64,000 bases of DNA. Source: Alphaproteobacteria bacterium. Lineage in GTDB: Bacteria; Pseudomonadota; Alphaproteobacteria; UBA828. The DNA is taken from the NCBI GenBank assembly GCA_965237415.1, contig CBDEFM010000002.1:1856001-1920000 (forward strand). The letters are read 5' to 3'. Below the pieces are notes generated by a model. The model searched no databases. It was not told where the DNA came from and saw only the letters and a list, made by a program, of their open reading frames with translations. Below, in pieces: positions 37,638 to 47,619 of the stretch; within the stretch, counting starts at the first letter, position 1, and every line of letters starts with the position of its first letter. The position numbers and the translations under genes are program-made.

Positions 37638-38822
37638 TCAGGCGACGACGCCGGCGTCGCGCAGCGCGGCGATCTCGGTCACGGAGAGCCCGGCCTCGGC
37701 AAGCAGCTCCTCCGTGTGCTCGCCGAGGAGCGGTGCGCCCCGCCGGATCGAGCTCGGCGTGGCCTCGAAGCGCGTCGCCGGCCGCGCCTGGCGCAGCCTT
37801 CCGGCGATGGGATGATCGACTTCGACGAGCGTGCCGGCGGCGGCAACCTGCGGGTGCTCGACGAGCGCGCTCCGGGTCAGCACCGGCGCGCAGGGCACGC
37901 CCTCGGCTTCCAGACGCTCCATCCACTCGGCGGTGGTCCTTGCGCGAAGCACCTCCTGGGTGAGCGAGAGGCGGTCGTCGATATTCTCGTCACGGAGCGC
38001 CGGCGTCTTGAATCGCGCGTCCTGGAGCCACTCCGGCCGCTCGAGCGCACGCGTGAGGCCGACCCATTCGCCGTCGCTCATCACCGCGACGCTCATGTGG
38101 CCGTCCTTCGTCTCGTAGATGAGGTCGATGAAACTCGCCGCTCGTTGCTCCGTCGCCGCCTGCTCGAGGAAGGTCTGGCCGCCCATGTCCGATGCCCAGA
38201 GGAACGACACAACAGCATCCAGCATCGAAAGGCGCACGTGCTGGCCTTGGCCCGTACGCTCGCGGGCGAGCAGCGCGGCGGTGACCGCCTGTGCTGCGGT
38301 CACGCCGGTAAGCTTATCGGGCAATATCGTGCGGACGAGACGGGGGCGCACATCGTCCGAACCGCCCTGGACCGACGCCAGGCCGGAGGCCGCCTGGATG
38401 ATCGGATCGTAGACCCGCTTGTGCGCGTAGGGGCCCGTCTCGCCGAAGCCATTGATCGAGACGTAGACGATCCCTGGGTTTACCGCCCGGATGTCGGGCT
38501 CGCCGACCCCCAGTCGCTCGACCACGCCCGGCCGGAAATTCTGGATGAAGACGTCGGCATGCGCGGCGAGGCCGATCACCGCGTCGCGCCCGCGCGGATC
38601 CTTTAGATTGACGGCAATCGAGCGCTTGTTGCGGTTGACATTTAGAAAGCCCGAGGAGAGTCCGTTGGAGCGGTTGCTGCCCGCCCGCGTGCGATCGCCC
38701 TGGCCTATCGCTTCTACCTTGATCACGTCGGCGCCCTGGTCGCCCAGCATCATGGTGGCCAAGGGGCCCGAAACCATCGATGTGAGGTCGACGACGCGGT
38801 AACCGTCGAGCGGTCCTGGCAC
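37638..38822 (-). CDS. CaiB/BaiF family III CoA transferase
   Basis: PLDGYRVVDLT, GADVIKVE, NRNKRSI, QNFRPG, GFGETGPY, YDPIIQA, APLLGEHT; GTG start with AGGAG RBS. Confidence 0.93.
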   Translation of the reverse strand: MPGPLDGYRVVDLTSMVSGPLATMMLGDQGADVIKVEAIGQGDRTRAGSNRSNGLSSGFLNVNRNKRSIAVNLKDPRGRDAVIGLAAHADVFIQNFRPGVVERLGVGEPDIRAVNPGIVYVSINGFGETGPYAHKRVYDPIIQAASGLASVQGGSDDVRPRLVRTILPDKLTGVTAAQAVTAALLARERTGQGQHVRLSMLDAVVSFLWASDMGGQTFLEQAATEQRAASFIDLIYETKDGHMSVAVMSDGEWVGLTRALERPEWLQDARFKTPALRDENIDDRLSLTQEVLRARTTAEWMERLEAEGVPCAPVLTRSALVEHPQVAAAGTLVEVDHPIAGRLRQARPATRFEATPSSIRRGAPLLGEHTEELLAEAGLSVTEIAALRDAGVVA

Positions 38823-39019
38823 TGGTTCTCTCCTCGCCTTGCCGAATGGCGCGATCGTATCCGGGGAGCGGCGATTTCGGAACCGGCCTGCCACCGATGA
38901 GGACCGGCCACTCATTCATTGACTCATTCCCGCCGCGCTCCCATGTGCATGCTTCAAACCCCGAATGTCGGTGGGCGGATCAGCGCCCGCGATCGCCGTC
39001 ACCGAATGAGCGCCGCCTC

Positions 39020-40540
39020 ATGCCCCGAGACTACGTGACGAAGATACTGAAAGCGCGCGTCTACGACGTGGCGCGCGAGACACCGCTTGAGCTTGCGCCG
39101 AAACTCTCCTCCCGGCTCGGCAGCGAGGTTTGGCTCAAGCGTGAGGACCTCCAGCCGGTCTTCTCGTTCAAGCTGCGCGGCGCCTACAACAAGCTCGCGT
39201 CGCTCAAGCCTGAGGAACGCGCACGGGGGGTCATCGCGTCGTCGGCCGGCAATCATGCGCAGGGCGTGGCGCTTGCGGCGCAGCGGCTCGGCACTCGCGC
39301 GCTCATCGTCATGCCGGAGACGGCACCCCGCATCAAGGTGGACGCGGTCGAGCGGCTGGGCGCCGAGGTGCTCCTCGCGGGCGATACGTATGACGGCGCG
39401 AGAGAGCGGGCCGAGGCCCTCGCCGCCGAGCGCGGGATGATCCTGATCCCCCCCTATGACGACGAGCACGTCATTGCAGGCCAGGGCACCGTGGCGATGG
39501 AGATCGTGCGCCAGCAGGGCGAGGCCTTCGACGCGATCTTCGTGAGCGTGGGCGGCGGCGGCCTCATCGCCGGCATCGCCGCTTACATCAAGGCTCTGTG
39601 GCCCGAGACACTCATCATCGGTGTCGAGCCACAGGACGCGCCGACCCTGCACGCAGCGCTCGCGGCGGGCGAGAGGGTCGTCTTGGATCAGGTCGGCACC
39701 TTTGCCGACGGCGTGGCGGTGAAGCAGATCGGGGCCGAGCCCTTCCGCATCGCACGCGAATGCATCGATGAGGTGGTGCTCGTCTCCACCGACGAAATTT
39801 GCGCGGCGATCAAGGACATCTTCGAGGACACCCGGGCGATCGCCGAGCCCGCAGGGGCGCTCGCGGTCGCAGGGCTCAAGCGCTACGTCGAGCGGGAGGG
39901 CATAACGGATGGCCGGCGCTTCGCCGCGGTCGTTAGCGGCGCGAACGTCAACTTCGACCGCCTCCGCCACATTGCCCAGCGGGCCCAGCTTGGCGAGCAG
40001 CGGGAGATCCTGCTCGCGGTCACCATCCCCGAGCGCCCCGGAAGCCTGCTTCGGTTCTGCGAGCTTATCGGCAAGCGCTCGATCACCGAGTTCAACTACC
40101 GCTTTGCCGACGACGCGGACGCGCACATCTTCGTGGGCGTGGAGATCAGCGGTACCGGGGCAGACGGGCAGTCCCTCGTGGAATCGCTAGAGCGCGACGG
40201 CTATCCGGTGCTCGACCTGACAGACAACGAGATGGCCAAGCTCCACGTGCGCTACATGGTGGGCGGCCATGCGCCGGGGGAGCTGGACGAAATCCTCTAT
40301 CGCTTCGACTTCCCGGAGCGGCCGGGCGCCCTGATGCACTTTCTCACCCAGATGGGACGCAAGCCCTGGAACATCAGCATGTTCCACTACCGCAACCACG
40401 GCTCGGACTACGGCCGGGTGCTGATCGGCCTGCAGGTGCCGCAGGACGAACGCGGGGACTTCCAGGCGTTTCTCGAGCAGGTGGGCTACGACTGCCGCGA
40501 AGAGACGGCTAATCCCGCGTACCGCCTGTTCCTGCGGTGA
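39020..40540 (+). CDS. ilvA: Threonine ammonia-lyase, biosynthetic
   Basis: KREDLQPVFSFKLRGAYN, SAGNHAQG, GGGGL, two ACT-like domains (PERPG twice), FHYRNHG. Confidence 0.96.
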   Translation: MPRDYVTKILKARVYDVARETPLELAPKLSSRLGSEVWLKREDLQPVFSFKLRGAYNKLASLKPEERARGVIASSAGNHAQGVALAAQRLGTRALIVMPETAPRIKVDAVERLGAEVLLAGDTYDGARERAEALAAERGMILIPPYDDEHVIAGQGTVAMEIVRQQGEAFDAIFVSVGGGGLIAGIAAYIKALWPETLIIGVEPQDAPTLHAALAAGERVVLDQVGTFADGVAVKQIGAEPFRIARECIDEVVLVSTDEICAAIKDIFEDTRAIAEPAGALAVAGLKRYVEREGITDGRRFAAVVSGANVNFDRLRHIAQRAQLGEQREILLAVTIPERPGSLLRFCELIGKRSITEFNYRFADDADAHIFVGVEISGTGADGQSLVESLERDGYPVLDLTDNEMAKLHVRYMVGGHAPGELDEILYRFDFPERPGALMHFLTQMGRKPWNISMFHYRNHGSDYGRVLIGLQVPQDERGDFQAFLEQVGYDCREETANPAYRLFLR

Positions 40541-40595
40541 GGAGAGCGTAGGAGCGACTGCAGGCGCCGCCCGAGCGCGGCGACCCGCGCCGTGG

Positions 40596-42956
40596 CTACG
40601 CCGAGGCGGCGCGAACTGCGCGCCAGACGCGCTCGGCCGTGAACGGCATCTCGACATGGCGGACGCCCAGGTGCCAGAGCGCATCGAGAATGGCATTGCC
40701 GATCGCGGCCGGCGGCCCGCTGGTGCCGAGCTCGCCCACGCCCTTGACCCCGAGCGGGTTGGTCTCGGTCAGCGTCACGTGGCTGTCGAGCGCGAAGGCC
40801 GGCAGATCGTCGGCGCGCGGCAGCGCGTAGTCCATGAACGAGCCGGAGAGAAGCTGGCCCGACTCCGGGTCGTAGCGCACATCCTCCAGCAGCGCCTGGC
40901 CGATGCCCTGGGCGGCGGCCCCGTGGCGCTGGCCGTCGACCACGAGCGGGTTGATCACCAGCCCCGCATCCTCCACCGAATAGTAGCCTGTAAGCCGCAC
41001 CGCGCCGGTTTCGCGATCGACCGTGATGGTCGCGACATGAGTGCCGTAGGGATAGTTGAAGTCGTCCGGGTCGAAGAACGCCGCCTCTTCCAGCCCGAGC
41101 TCGAAGCCCTCGGGATAGTCGGCGCCGCGGTAGGCCATGTCGGCGATCTCCACGAACGTCATCCGCCGGTCGGTGCCGCGCACGGCGTAGGCGCCGGCCC
41201 CGAAATCGATATCGTCGACGGCGCATTCCATGAGGTGGGCGGCAAGGCGCCGGCCCTTCTCGATGATGCGGTCCGACGCCACGGCAAGGGCAGAGCCCAC
41301 GACCGTGATCGAGCGCGAGGCCCAGGTGCCGAGGCCGTGGGGAATCCGGTCCGTGTCGCCCTCCACGACATCAATGTCTTCGAGCGCGCAACCGAAGCGG
41401 TCGGCGACGATCTGCGCATACGTCGTGGCATGGGATTGGCCGTGGCTGTGGCTGCCGCAGAGCACCGTGATCTTGCCGCTGGGGTGGACGCGCACGGTGG
41501 CGACGTCCCAGAGCCCCATGCGGCTGCCGAGGGCTGCCGCAAGACGGCTCGGCCCGGCACCGCCGGAGCGAACGAAGGCCGCCATGCCGATCCCCATCAG
41601 CACGCCGTCTTCCTGGAGCCGCGTCTGCTCGGCCCGGAGCGCGTCGAGATCGGCAAGCTCACGGGCCTTGTCGAGGACCGCCGGGAAATCGCCGACATCG
41701 TAGGTGACTCCGGTCGCACTGCCATAGGGCATGTCGGCAGCGGGCACGAGGTTGAGGGCGCGCGCCTCGACCGAGTCGCGAGCCCGCTCACGCGCGCCAT
41801 TCTCGATCAGGCGCTCGATGACGTAGGTGATCTCGGGATTGCCGGCGCCGCGGTAGGCGTCGACCGGCGTGGTGTTTGTGTAGACGCCGAGCACCCGGCA
41901 ATGGAGCGCGGGGATCGCATACTGGCCTGAGAACATGGTGACGCAGAAGAGCGAGGGGATGCACGCAGCGAACTGGCTTTGATAGGCGCCGAGGTTGGCG
42001 ATGATCTCCGCCTCGATGGCGACGATACGCCCATCCTCGTCGAAGGCCATGCGCGCCTCGGTAACGTGGTCGCGCGCGTGGATGTCCACCGTCAGGGTTT
42101 CGGCACGGGTCGCGGTCCAGCGCACCGGCCGGCCCACCAGCCGCGCGGCCCAGGGGAGGCTCGCCTCCTCCGGATAGTGATAGGTCTTCTGGCCGAAGCC
42201 GCCGCCCACGTCGGGCGCGACCACCCTGATCGACTGCTCGGGCGCACGCAGCGTGTCGCGCGAGAGCCACTGGCGGACGAGATGCGGGTTCTGGGTGGTG
42301 GACCAGAGCGTGTAGCGCTCGCTGCCGCGATCGTACGCGCCGATTGCCGCGCGGGGCTCAATGGCGCTCGGCGCGAGACGGTTGTTGACGAGCTTGAGAG
42401 CCGTCACATGGGCGGCAGAGGCGAAGGCGGCCTTGACCGCCTCGGCGTCGCCGAGCCGCCAGTCGTAGGAGACGTTGCTCCCGAATTCCTGGTGCACCAG
42501 CGGCGCGCCTGCCAGGGCGGCGGCTGCGAGGTCCGTCACCGAGGCAAGCGGCTCCCACGAGACATCGACCACCGCGGCAGCGTCGGCGGCCGCGTGCGTG
42601 TCTTCGGCGACGACGAGGGCCACCGTATCGCCCACATGGCGCGCTTGATCCGTGGCGAAGACCGGCCTTCGGGCGAGCGCCATCGGCGTGCCGTCGTGGG
42701 AGGTGATGTCCCACAACACGTCGGTATCGCCGCCGCCATCCCGGCGCCAGTCCTCCCCGGTGAGCACGGCCAGCACGCCTGGCATGGAGCGCGCGCGCGC
42801 GGTGGCAATCGCCCTGATGCGGGCATGGGCGTGCGGACTGCGCACGAAGGCGGCGTGTACCTCCCCAGGAAGCCGGATATCGTCCACGAACTGACCTCGG
42901 CCAGTCAGAAAGCGATCGTCTTCCAGGCGCGTATGCGCTGTGCCGACATGCCCCAT
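40596..42956 (-). CDS. Stand-alone xanthine dehydrogenase-family molybdopterin subunit (form II CoxL-like)
   Basis: EDDRFLTGRG, DVGGGFGQK, DAYRGAGNPE, HGQSHATTYAQI, GTWASRS, NPLGVKGVGE. Confidence 0.92.
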   Translation of the reverse strand: MGHVGTAHTRLEDDRFLTGRGQFVDDIRLPGEVHAAFVRSPHAHARIRAIATARARSMPGVLAVLTGEDWRRDGGGDTDVLWDITSHDGTPMALARRPVFATDQARHVGDTVALVVAEDTHAAADAAAVVDVSWEPLASVTDLAAAALAGAPLVHQEFGSNVSYDWRLGDAEAVKAAFASAAHVTALKLVNNRLAPSAIEPRAAIGAYDRGSERYTLWSTTQNPHLVRQWLSRDTLRAPEQSIRVVAPDVGGGFGQKTYHYPEEASLPWAARLVGRPVRWTATRAETLTVDIHARDHVTEARMAFDEDGRIVAIEAEIIANLGAYQSQFAACIPSLFCVTMFSGQYAIPALHCRVLGVYTNTTPVDAYRGAGNPEITYVIERLIENGARERARDSVEARALNLVPAADMPYGSATGVTYDVGDFPAVLDKARELADLDALRAEQTRLQEDGVLMGIGMAAFVRSGGAGPSRLAAALGSRMGLWDVATVRVHPSGKITVLCGSHSHGQSHATTYAQIVADRFGCALEDIDVVEGDTDRIPHGLGTWASRSITVVGSALAVASDRIIEKGRRLAAHLMECAVDDIDFGAGAYAVRGTDRRMTFVEIADMAYRGADYPEGFELGLEEAAFFDPDDFNYPYGTHVATITVDRETGAVRLTGYYSVEDAGLVINPLVVDGQRHGAAAQGIGQALLEDVRYDPESGQLLSGSFMDYALPRADDLPAFALDSHVTLTETNPLGVKGVGELGTSGPPAAIGNAILDALWHLGVRHVEMPFTAERVWRAVRAASA

Positions 42957-43088
42957 ACTTGCTTCCCTCTTTACTTCGGCCGCGGCCGATTTCCATTGTC
43001 AGGCTAATGAGCGGGCGCGTGGGCGTCCACCCTCGGCGCCGGCCGCGTGCTACGGTGGGATCAGCACGGCAAACCGTGGAGACCGAGG

Positions 43089-44147
43089 ATGCTGAATCCG
43101 GAGACCGACGCTCTCGCATCGCATCTCGACCGTGTGTTGAGCGAGCACGTGGCGAAGGGCGTGATCGGCGCCTCGCTCGCCCTCATCCGGCCGGGCGGGG
43201 AGGTTCTGACCCTCGCAGCCGGCTGCGCTGACCGCGCGACGGGAGCGCCGCTCACCCCGGATCATCTGTTCAAGACCGCCAGCACCAGGAAGACCTGGAC
43301 CGCGGTCGCCGTGCTCGCACTGGTGAGCGAAGGGCGTATCGACCTCGACCAGACCATCGAGGGGTGGTTCCCACATCTGCCGCGGGCGGACGAAATTCGC
43401 GTGCGGCATCTGCTCAGCCACCGGAGCGGCCTGCCCGAATACGAGTCCTTCATGCCCAAGGGCTCGGCGGACGACTGGACGCCGGGGCGGATCGTCGAGT
43501 TCGCGCTCGCCGACGGCACGCAGATCACGCCCGGCGAGACCTTCGTCTATTCCAACCCCGGCTACGTGCTGGCGGGCGAGATCGTCGCCAGCGAGCGGGG
43601 CGAGCCCCTCTCCCGCTGGCTCAGGCGCGAAGTCTTCGAGCCGAGCGGGATGGCCGAGACCTGGAGCGGCGGAGACGAAGACTTTCCGCGCGACCGTCTG
43701 GCGCGCGCCTACGTCTTCGATTCCGCCGAGCCCGGCGCCCCGCCGGAGGATTCGTCGGACTGGTTCCCGCTTTCCGGTATCGGGGCGGCGGGCGATCTCG
43801 TCACGACTCCCCGCGACCTCGCGCGGGGGTTCCATGCGCTCTTCACCGGCCAGGTGCTGGATCCTGCTGCCCTCGCCATGCTGCAGGGCCCGCTTCTGCC
43901 TGCCGGGTTCCCAGGCACCAGCATCACCCACTGCGCGCACGGCGTCCTGGTCTCGCGCTTCGGCGACCTCACGATCGTCGGTCATCTTGGCCAGTTGCGC
44001 GGGCACGTCACCATGGCCGGCCATCACGAGGCGAGCTGCCTCACCGCCGTGCTCAGCCAGAACTCGTGCTCGAGCGATCTTGAGGCGTTCGGCACGGCCG
44101 GCATCCACCCGGCGTATGCCGAGGTCTTCCGCCTGGCCGACGCGTGA
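43089..44147 (+). CDS. Serine hydrolase, beta-lactamase/class C PBP-like family
   Basis: ASTRK (SxxK), LLSHRSG, YSNPGY (YxN), GHLG; no signal peptide evident. Confidence 0.85.
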   Translation: MLNPETDALASHLDRVLSEHVAKGVIGASLALIRPGGEVLTLAAGCADRATGAPLTPDHLFKTASTRKTWTAVAVLALVSEGRIDLDQTIEGWFPHLPRADEIRVRHLLSHRSGLPEYESFMPKGSADDWTPGRIVEFALADGTQITPGETFVYSNPGYVLAGEIVASERGEPLSRWLRREVFEPSGMAETWSGGDEDFPRDRLARAYVFDSAEPGAPPEDSSDWFPLSGIGAAGDLVTTPRDLARGFHALFTGQVLDPAALAMLQGPLLPAGFPGTSITHCAHGVLVSRFGDLTIVGHLGQLRGHVTMAGHHEASCLTAVLSQNSCSSDLEAFGTAGIHPAYAEVFRLADA

Positions 44148-44229
44148 TCCCGCGCTGAACGCAGACCGGCGCCCCTGAGCGCGCGAACGCGCCCAGGCGG
44201 CACCGGCGTTAGGTCGGAAGGAGCGCGCT

Positions 44230-44649
<420 letters not shown>

Positions 44650-44733
44650 GGTCCTGTTCCCCCTGACTTTACGGTTAGAGACGTGTGGCCGCCGCACTGC
44701 GGGATGCAAGCACGGCCGGTGCATTCGCCGCTC

Positions 44734-44782
44734 TATATGACGCAGCGCACCGCCGCCGTCAACGGATTGGAATCATTCCAGG
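44734..44782 (-). promoter_or_regulatory. Putative rubrerythrin promoter (TTGACG-N17-CATATA) with adjacent Irr box (ICE)-like palindrome ATTGGAATCATTCCAGG
   Basis: On the minus strand the -35 is at 44762-44757 and the -10 at 44739-44734. The motif at 44766-44782 matches 14 of 17 positions of TTTRGAAYNRTTCYAAA. Confidence 0.6.
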
Positions 44783-45234
44783 GTGCGTGCGTCGCCCGGC
44801 GCCGCCGCGCCGTCCTCCGCCCCCCTGCCGGTCACGCGAATGATGATGTCGATCCGCGAGACCGTGGTCCCCGGCGGCGGCGGCGGCAGGACGCTCACCG
44901 ACACGCGATCGCCCGGCACATCGACCAGACGGCCGGTCTCCTCCACGAAGAAATGCTGGTGATGCGCGGTGTTGGTGTCGAAGAAGGAGGGCCCAGCGTC
45001 CACCACCAGCTCGCGCAAGAGGCCAGCCTTCGTGAACTGGTGAAGGGTGTTGTAGACCGTGGCGAGGGAGACGCCCGCCTCCTCCCGCAGCACCTCTGCA
45101 TGAAGCTCCGCGGCCGTGACGTGACGGTGCGGCCCGCCGAAGAGTCGGCGGGCGAGGACGATGCGCTGGCGCGTAGGCCGTAGGCCGGCTTCGCGCAGGC
45201 GCGCCCTTGCGTCGCTGTCAGGCGATGTCGTCAT
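44773..45234 (-). CDS. irr: Fur family iron response regulator (Irr-type)
   Basis: GLRPTRQR, RHVTAAELH, SLATVYNTLHQFTKAGLLRE, FDTNTAHHQHFF. Confidence 0.88.
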   Translation of the reverse strand: MTTSPDSDARARLREAGLRPTRQRIVLARRLFGGPHRHVTAAELHAEVLREEAGVSLATVYNTLHQFTKAGLLRELVVDAGPSFFDTNTAHHQHFFVEETGRLVDVPGDRVSVSVLPPPPPGTTVSRIDIIIRVTGRGAEDGAAAPGDARTLE

Positions 45235-45384
45235 CTCGAAACCGCGTCTCCGATACCACGCCTCAATACCACAAATTCGCGTGCGTTGCGCTGCCGGTCG
45301 CGGATTCGTGAGTGCGCATGTCGTAAGTGCCGGGCCACGCGGGATAGGCTACGATGCGGACTCGGATCGCGAGGAGAACGCGCC

Positions 45385-47472
45385 GTGTCGAGCGAATTCG
45401 TTGCCACCGCCTGCCCCCACGATTGCCCGTCGACCTGCGCGCTTGAGGTCGAGCTGCTCGCGCCGGACAGGATCGGCGCCGTCAGGGGCGCGCGGGAGAA
45501 CGACTACACCTCGGGCGTGATCTGCGCCAAGGTCGCGCGCTATGCCGAGCGCGTGCACCACCCTGGGCGCCTCGCGGAGCCGCTGCAACGCACCGGCGAG
45601 AAGGGCGCCGGCGAATTCCGACCCATCGGCTGGGACGATGCGCTCGACCTGATCGCCGATTCCTTCGTCCGCGCTACGGAGACGCACGGTCGCGAGGCGG
45701 TCTGGCCTTACTACTACGCCGGCACCATGGGCCTGGTGCAGCGCGACGGGATCAACCGCCTGCGCCATGTCATGGGCTATTCGCGGCAGGACGAGACCAT
45801 CTGCACGCGCCTTTCCAGCGACGGCTGGTGGGCCGGTGTCGGTACATATGTGGGCAGCGATCCGCGCGAGATGGCGAAGGCTGATCTGATCGTCGTCTGG
45901 GGCTGCAATCCGGCGTCGACCCAGGTCAACGTCATGACCCATATCGCCAAGGCGCGGAAGACGCGGGGCGCGGCGCTCGTGGTCGTGGACCCCTACGAGA
46001 CGCGGACCGCCAAGGTCGCCGACCATCACGTGGCGCTCCGGCCCGGCACGGACGGCGCGCTCGCCTGCGGCATCATGCACGTGCTCTTCGCCGAGGATTT
46101 CGCCGACCGCTCCTACCTCGCTCGCTTTACGGACCATCCGGACGAACTCGAGACCCACCTCGCGAGCCGGGGTCCCGAGTGGGCGGCGGCGATCACGGGG
46201 ATTCCGGCCGCCGAGATCACCGCGCTCGCCCGCATGATCGGCCGCATCAAGCGCACCTACATCCGCCTCGGCTACGGCTTCACCCGCTCGCGCAACGGCG
46301 CCGCCAACATGCACGCCGCCACCTGCATCGCGGCAGTCACCGGCGCCTGGCAGTACGAGGGCGGGGGCGCGATGCACACCAACAAGAGCATCTACGGCGT
46401 CGACGCCACCCTGATCGAGGGGCTCGACGCAAAGGACCGCTCGGTGCGGCTGCTCGACATGTCGCGGATCGGCCCGGTGCTGACCGGCGATTCGAGCGAC
46501 CTTGGGGACGGCCCCCCGGTCACCGCCATCGTCATGCAGAACGTCAACCCGGCGGCGGTCGCACCGGAATCGGCCAAGGTGCGCGAGGGCCTCGAGCGCG
46601 ACGACCTGTTCCTCGCCGTGCACGAGCAGTTCATGACCGACACCGCGCGCTACGCCGACATCGTGCTGCCGGCGACGACCTTCCTGGAGCATGACGACAT
46701 CTATGTGGGCGGCGGCCACAGTTACCTGCTCATGGGCGCACAAGTGATCGAGCCCTACGCCCAATCGCGCTCCAACCACGACGTCATCCGTGCGCTCGCC
46801 AAGCGGCTCGGCGCCGAGCATCCGGGCTTCGACATGACCGCGTGGGAGCTGATCGACGCGACGCTCAAGCGCTCGGGCCATCCCGACGCCGCGACGCTGA
46901 AGGCCCAGCGCTGGAAGGACTGCATGCCGGATTTCGAGAGCGCCCATCACCTGGGCGGCTTCGGCTGGCCGGACGGGCGCTTCCGCTTCAAGCCGGACTG
47001 GGCCGCCATGGGGCCGCGCGGCGCCGAGATGCCGGCCTTCCCCGACCACATGGCGGCGATCGAGGCGCCGGACGCCGAGCATCCCTTCCGCCTCGTCACC
47101 GCGCCCGCGCACAACTACCTCAATTCGAGCTTCACCGAGACGCGAACCAGCCAGGCCAAGGAGACGCGGCCCTCCGCCCTTTTCCACCCCGGCGACGCGC
47201 GCGACCTCGGTTTCGACGACGGCGACCGCATCCGCATCGGCAACCGGCGCGGTTCCATCCTGATCCATGCGCGCATCGCCGGCAGCAACGGAAAAGCGGT
47301 CGCCACGACCCACGGTCAGCAGCGCGGCACGGTCATCGTCGAGAGCATCTGGCCCAACACCGCCTTCGAGGAAGGGCTCGGCATCAACACGCTGACCTCG
47401 GCCGATCCCGGCTATCCCAACGGCGGTGCTGTGTTCCACGACACCGCCATCTGGGCCCGGCCGGCGAACTAG
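45385..47472 (+). CDS. Molybdopterin oxidoreductase (DMSO reductase superfamily) with N-terminal 4Fe-4S motif
   Basis: TACPHDCPSTC...ICAK, YAGTMG, WGCNP, FMTDTARYADIVLPA, LNSSF; GTG start with GAGGAG RBS. Confidence 0.9.
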   Translation: MSSEFVATACPHDCPSTCALEVELLAPDRIGAVRGARENDYTSGVICAKVARYAERVHHPGRLAEPLQRTGEKGAGEFRPIGWDDALDLIADSFVRATETHGREAVWPYYYAGTMGLVQRDGINRLRHVMGYSRQDETICTRLSSDGWWAGVGTYVGSDPREMAKADLIVVWGCNPASTQVNVMTHIAKARKTRGAALVVVDPYETRTAKVADHHVALRPGTDGALACGIMHVLFAEDFADRSYLARFTDHPDELETHLASRGPEWAAAITGIPAAEITALARMIGRIKRTYIRLGYGFTRSRNGAANMHAATCIAAVTGAWQYEGGGAMHTNKSIYGVDATLIEGLDAKDRSVRLLDMSRIGPVLTGDSSDLGDGPPVTAIVMQNVNPAAVAPESAKVREGLERDDLFLAVHEQFMTDTARYADIVLPATTFLEHDDIYVGGGHSYLLMGAQVIEPYAQSRSNHDVIRALAKRLGAEHPGFDMTAWELIDATLKRSGHPDAATLKAQRWKDCMPDFESAHHLGGFGWPDGRFRFKPDWAAMGPRGAEMPAFPDHMAAIEAPDAEHPFRLVTAPAHNYLNSSFTETRTSQAKETRPSALFHPGDARDLGFDDGDRIRIGNRRGSILIHARIAGSNGKAVATTHGQQRGTVIVESIWPNTAFEEGLGINTLTSADPGYPNGGAVFHDTAIWARPAN

Positions 47473-47570
47473 CGCGGCATTTTTCACCTCGGCCACGGCC
47501 TGCGTCACGTCCCGCGCGTCTTCCGTCAACGTGCGCGGACGCACGATGCGAGCGGTAAGTTAATTTTCAT

Positions 47571-47619
47571 GCGGGATTCGGCGGGATTAAGTGGGATAAG
47601 TGGGATTCCGTGGGACAGG
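47571..47619 (+). repeat. Five GYGGGA direct repeats at 9-10-bp period
   Basis: gcgggattcg gcgggattaa gtgggataa gtgggattcc gtgggacagg, read directly. Confidence 0.85.

Noticed and set aside
43089-44147. Beta-lactam resistance gene
   Set aside because: SxxK/YxN fold only, no signal peptide; this family is mostly esterases and amidases.
47555-47592. CtrA box or replication origin in the long intergenic region
   Set aside because: The TTAA half-sites are not at N7 spacing, and no DnaA boxes or rep gene are recognisable.
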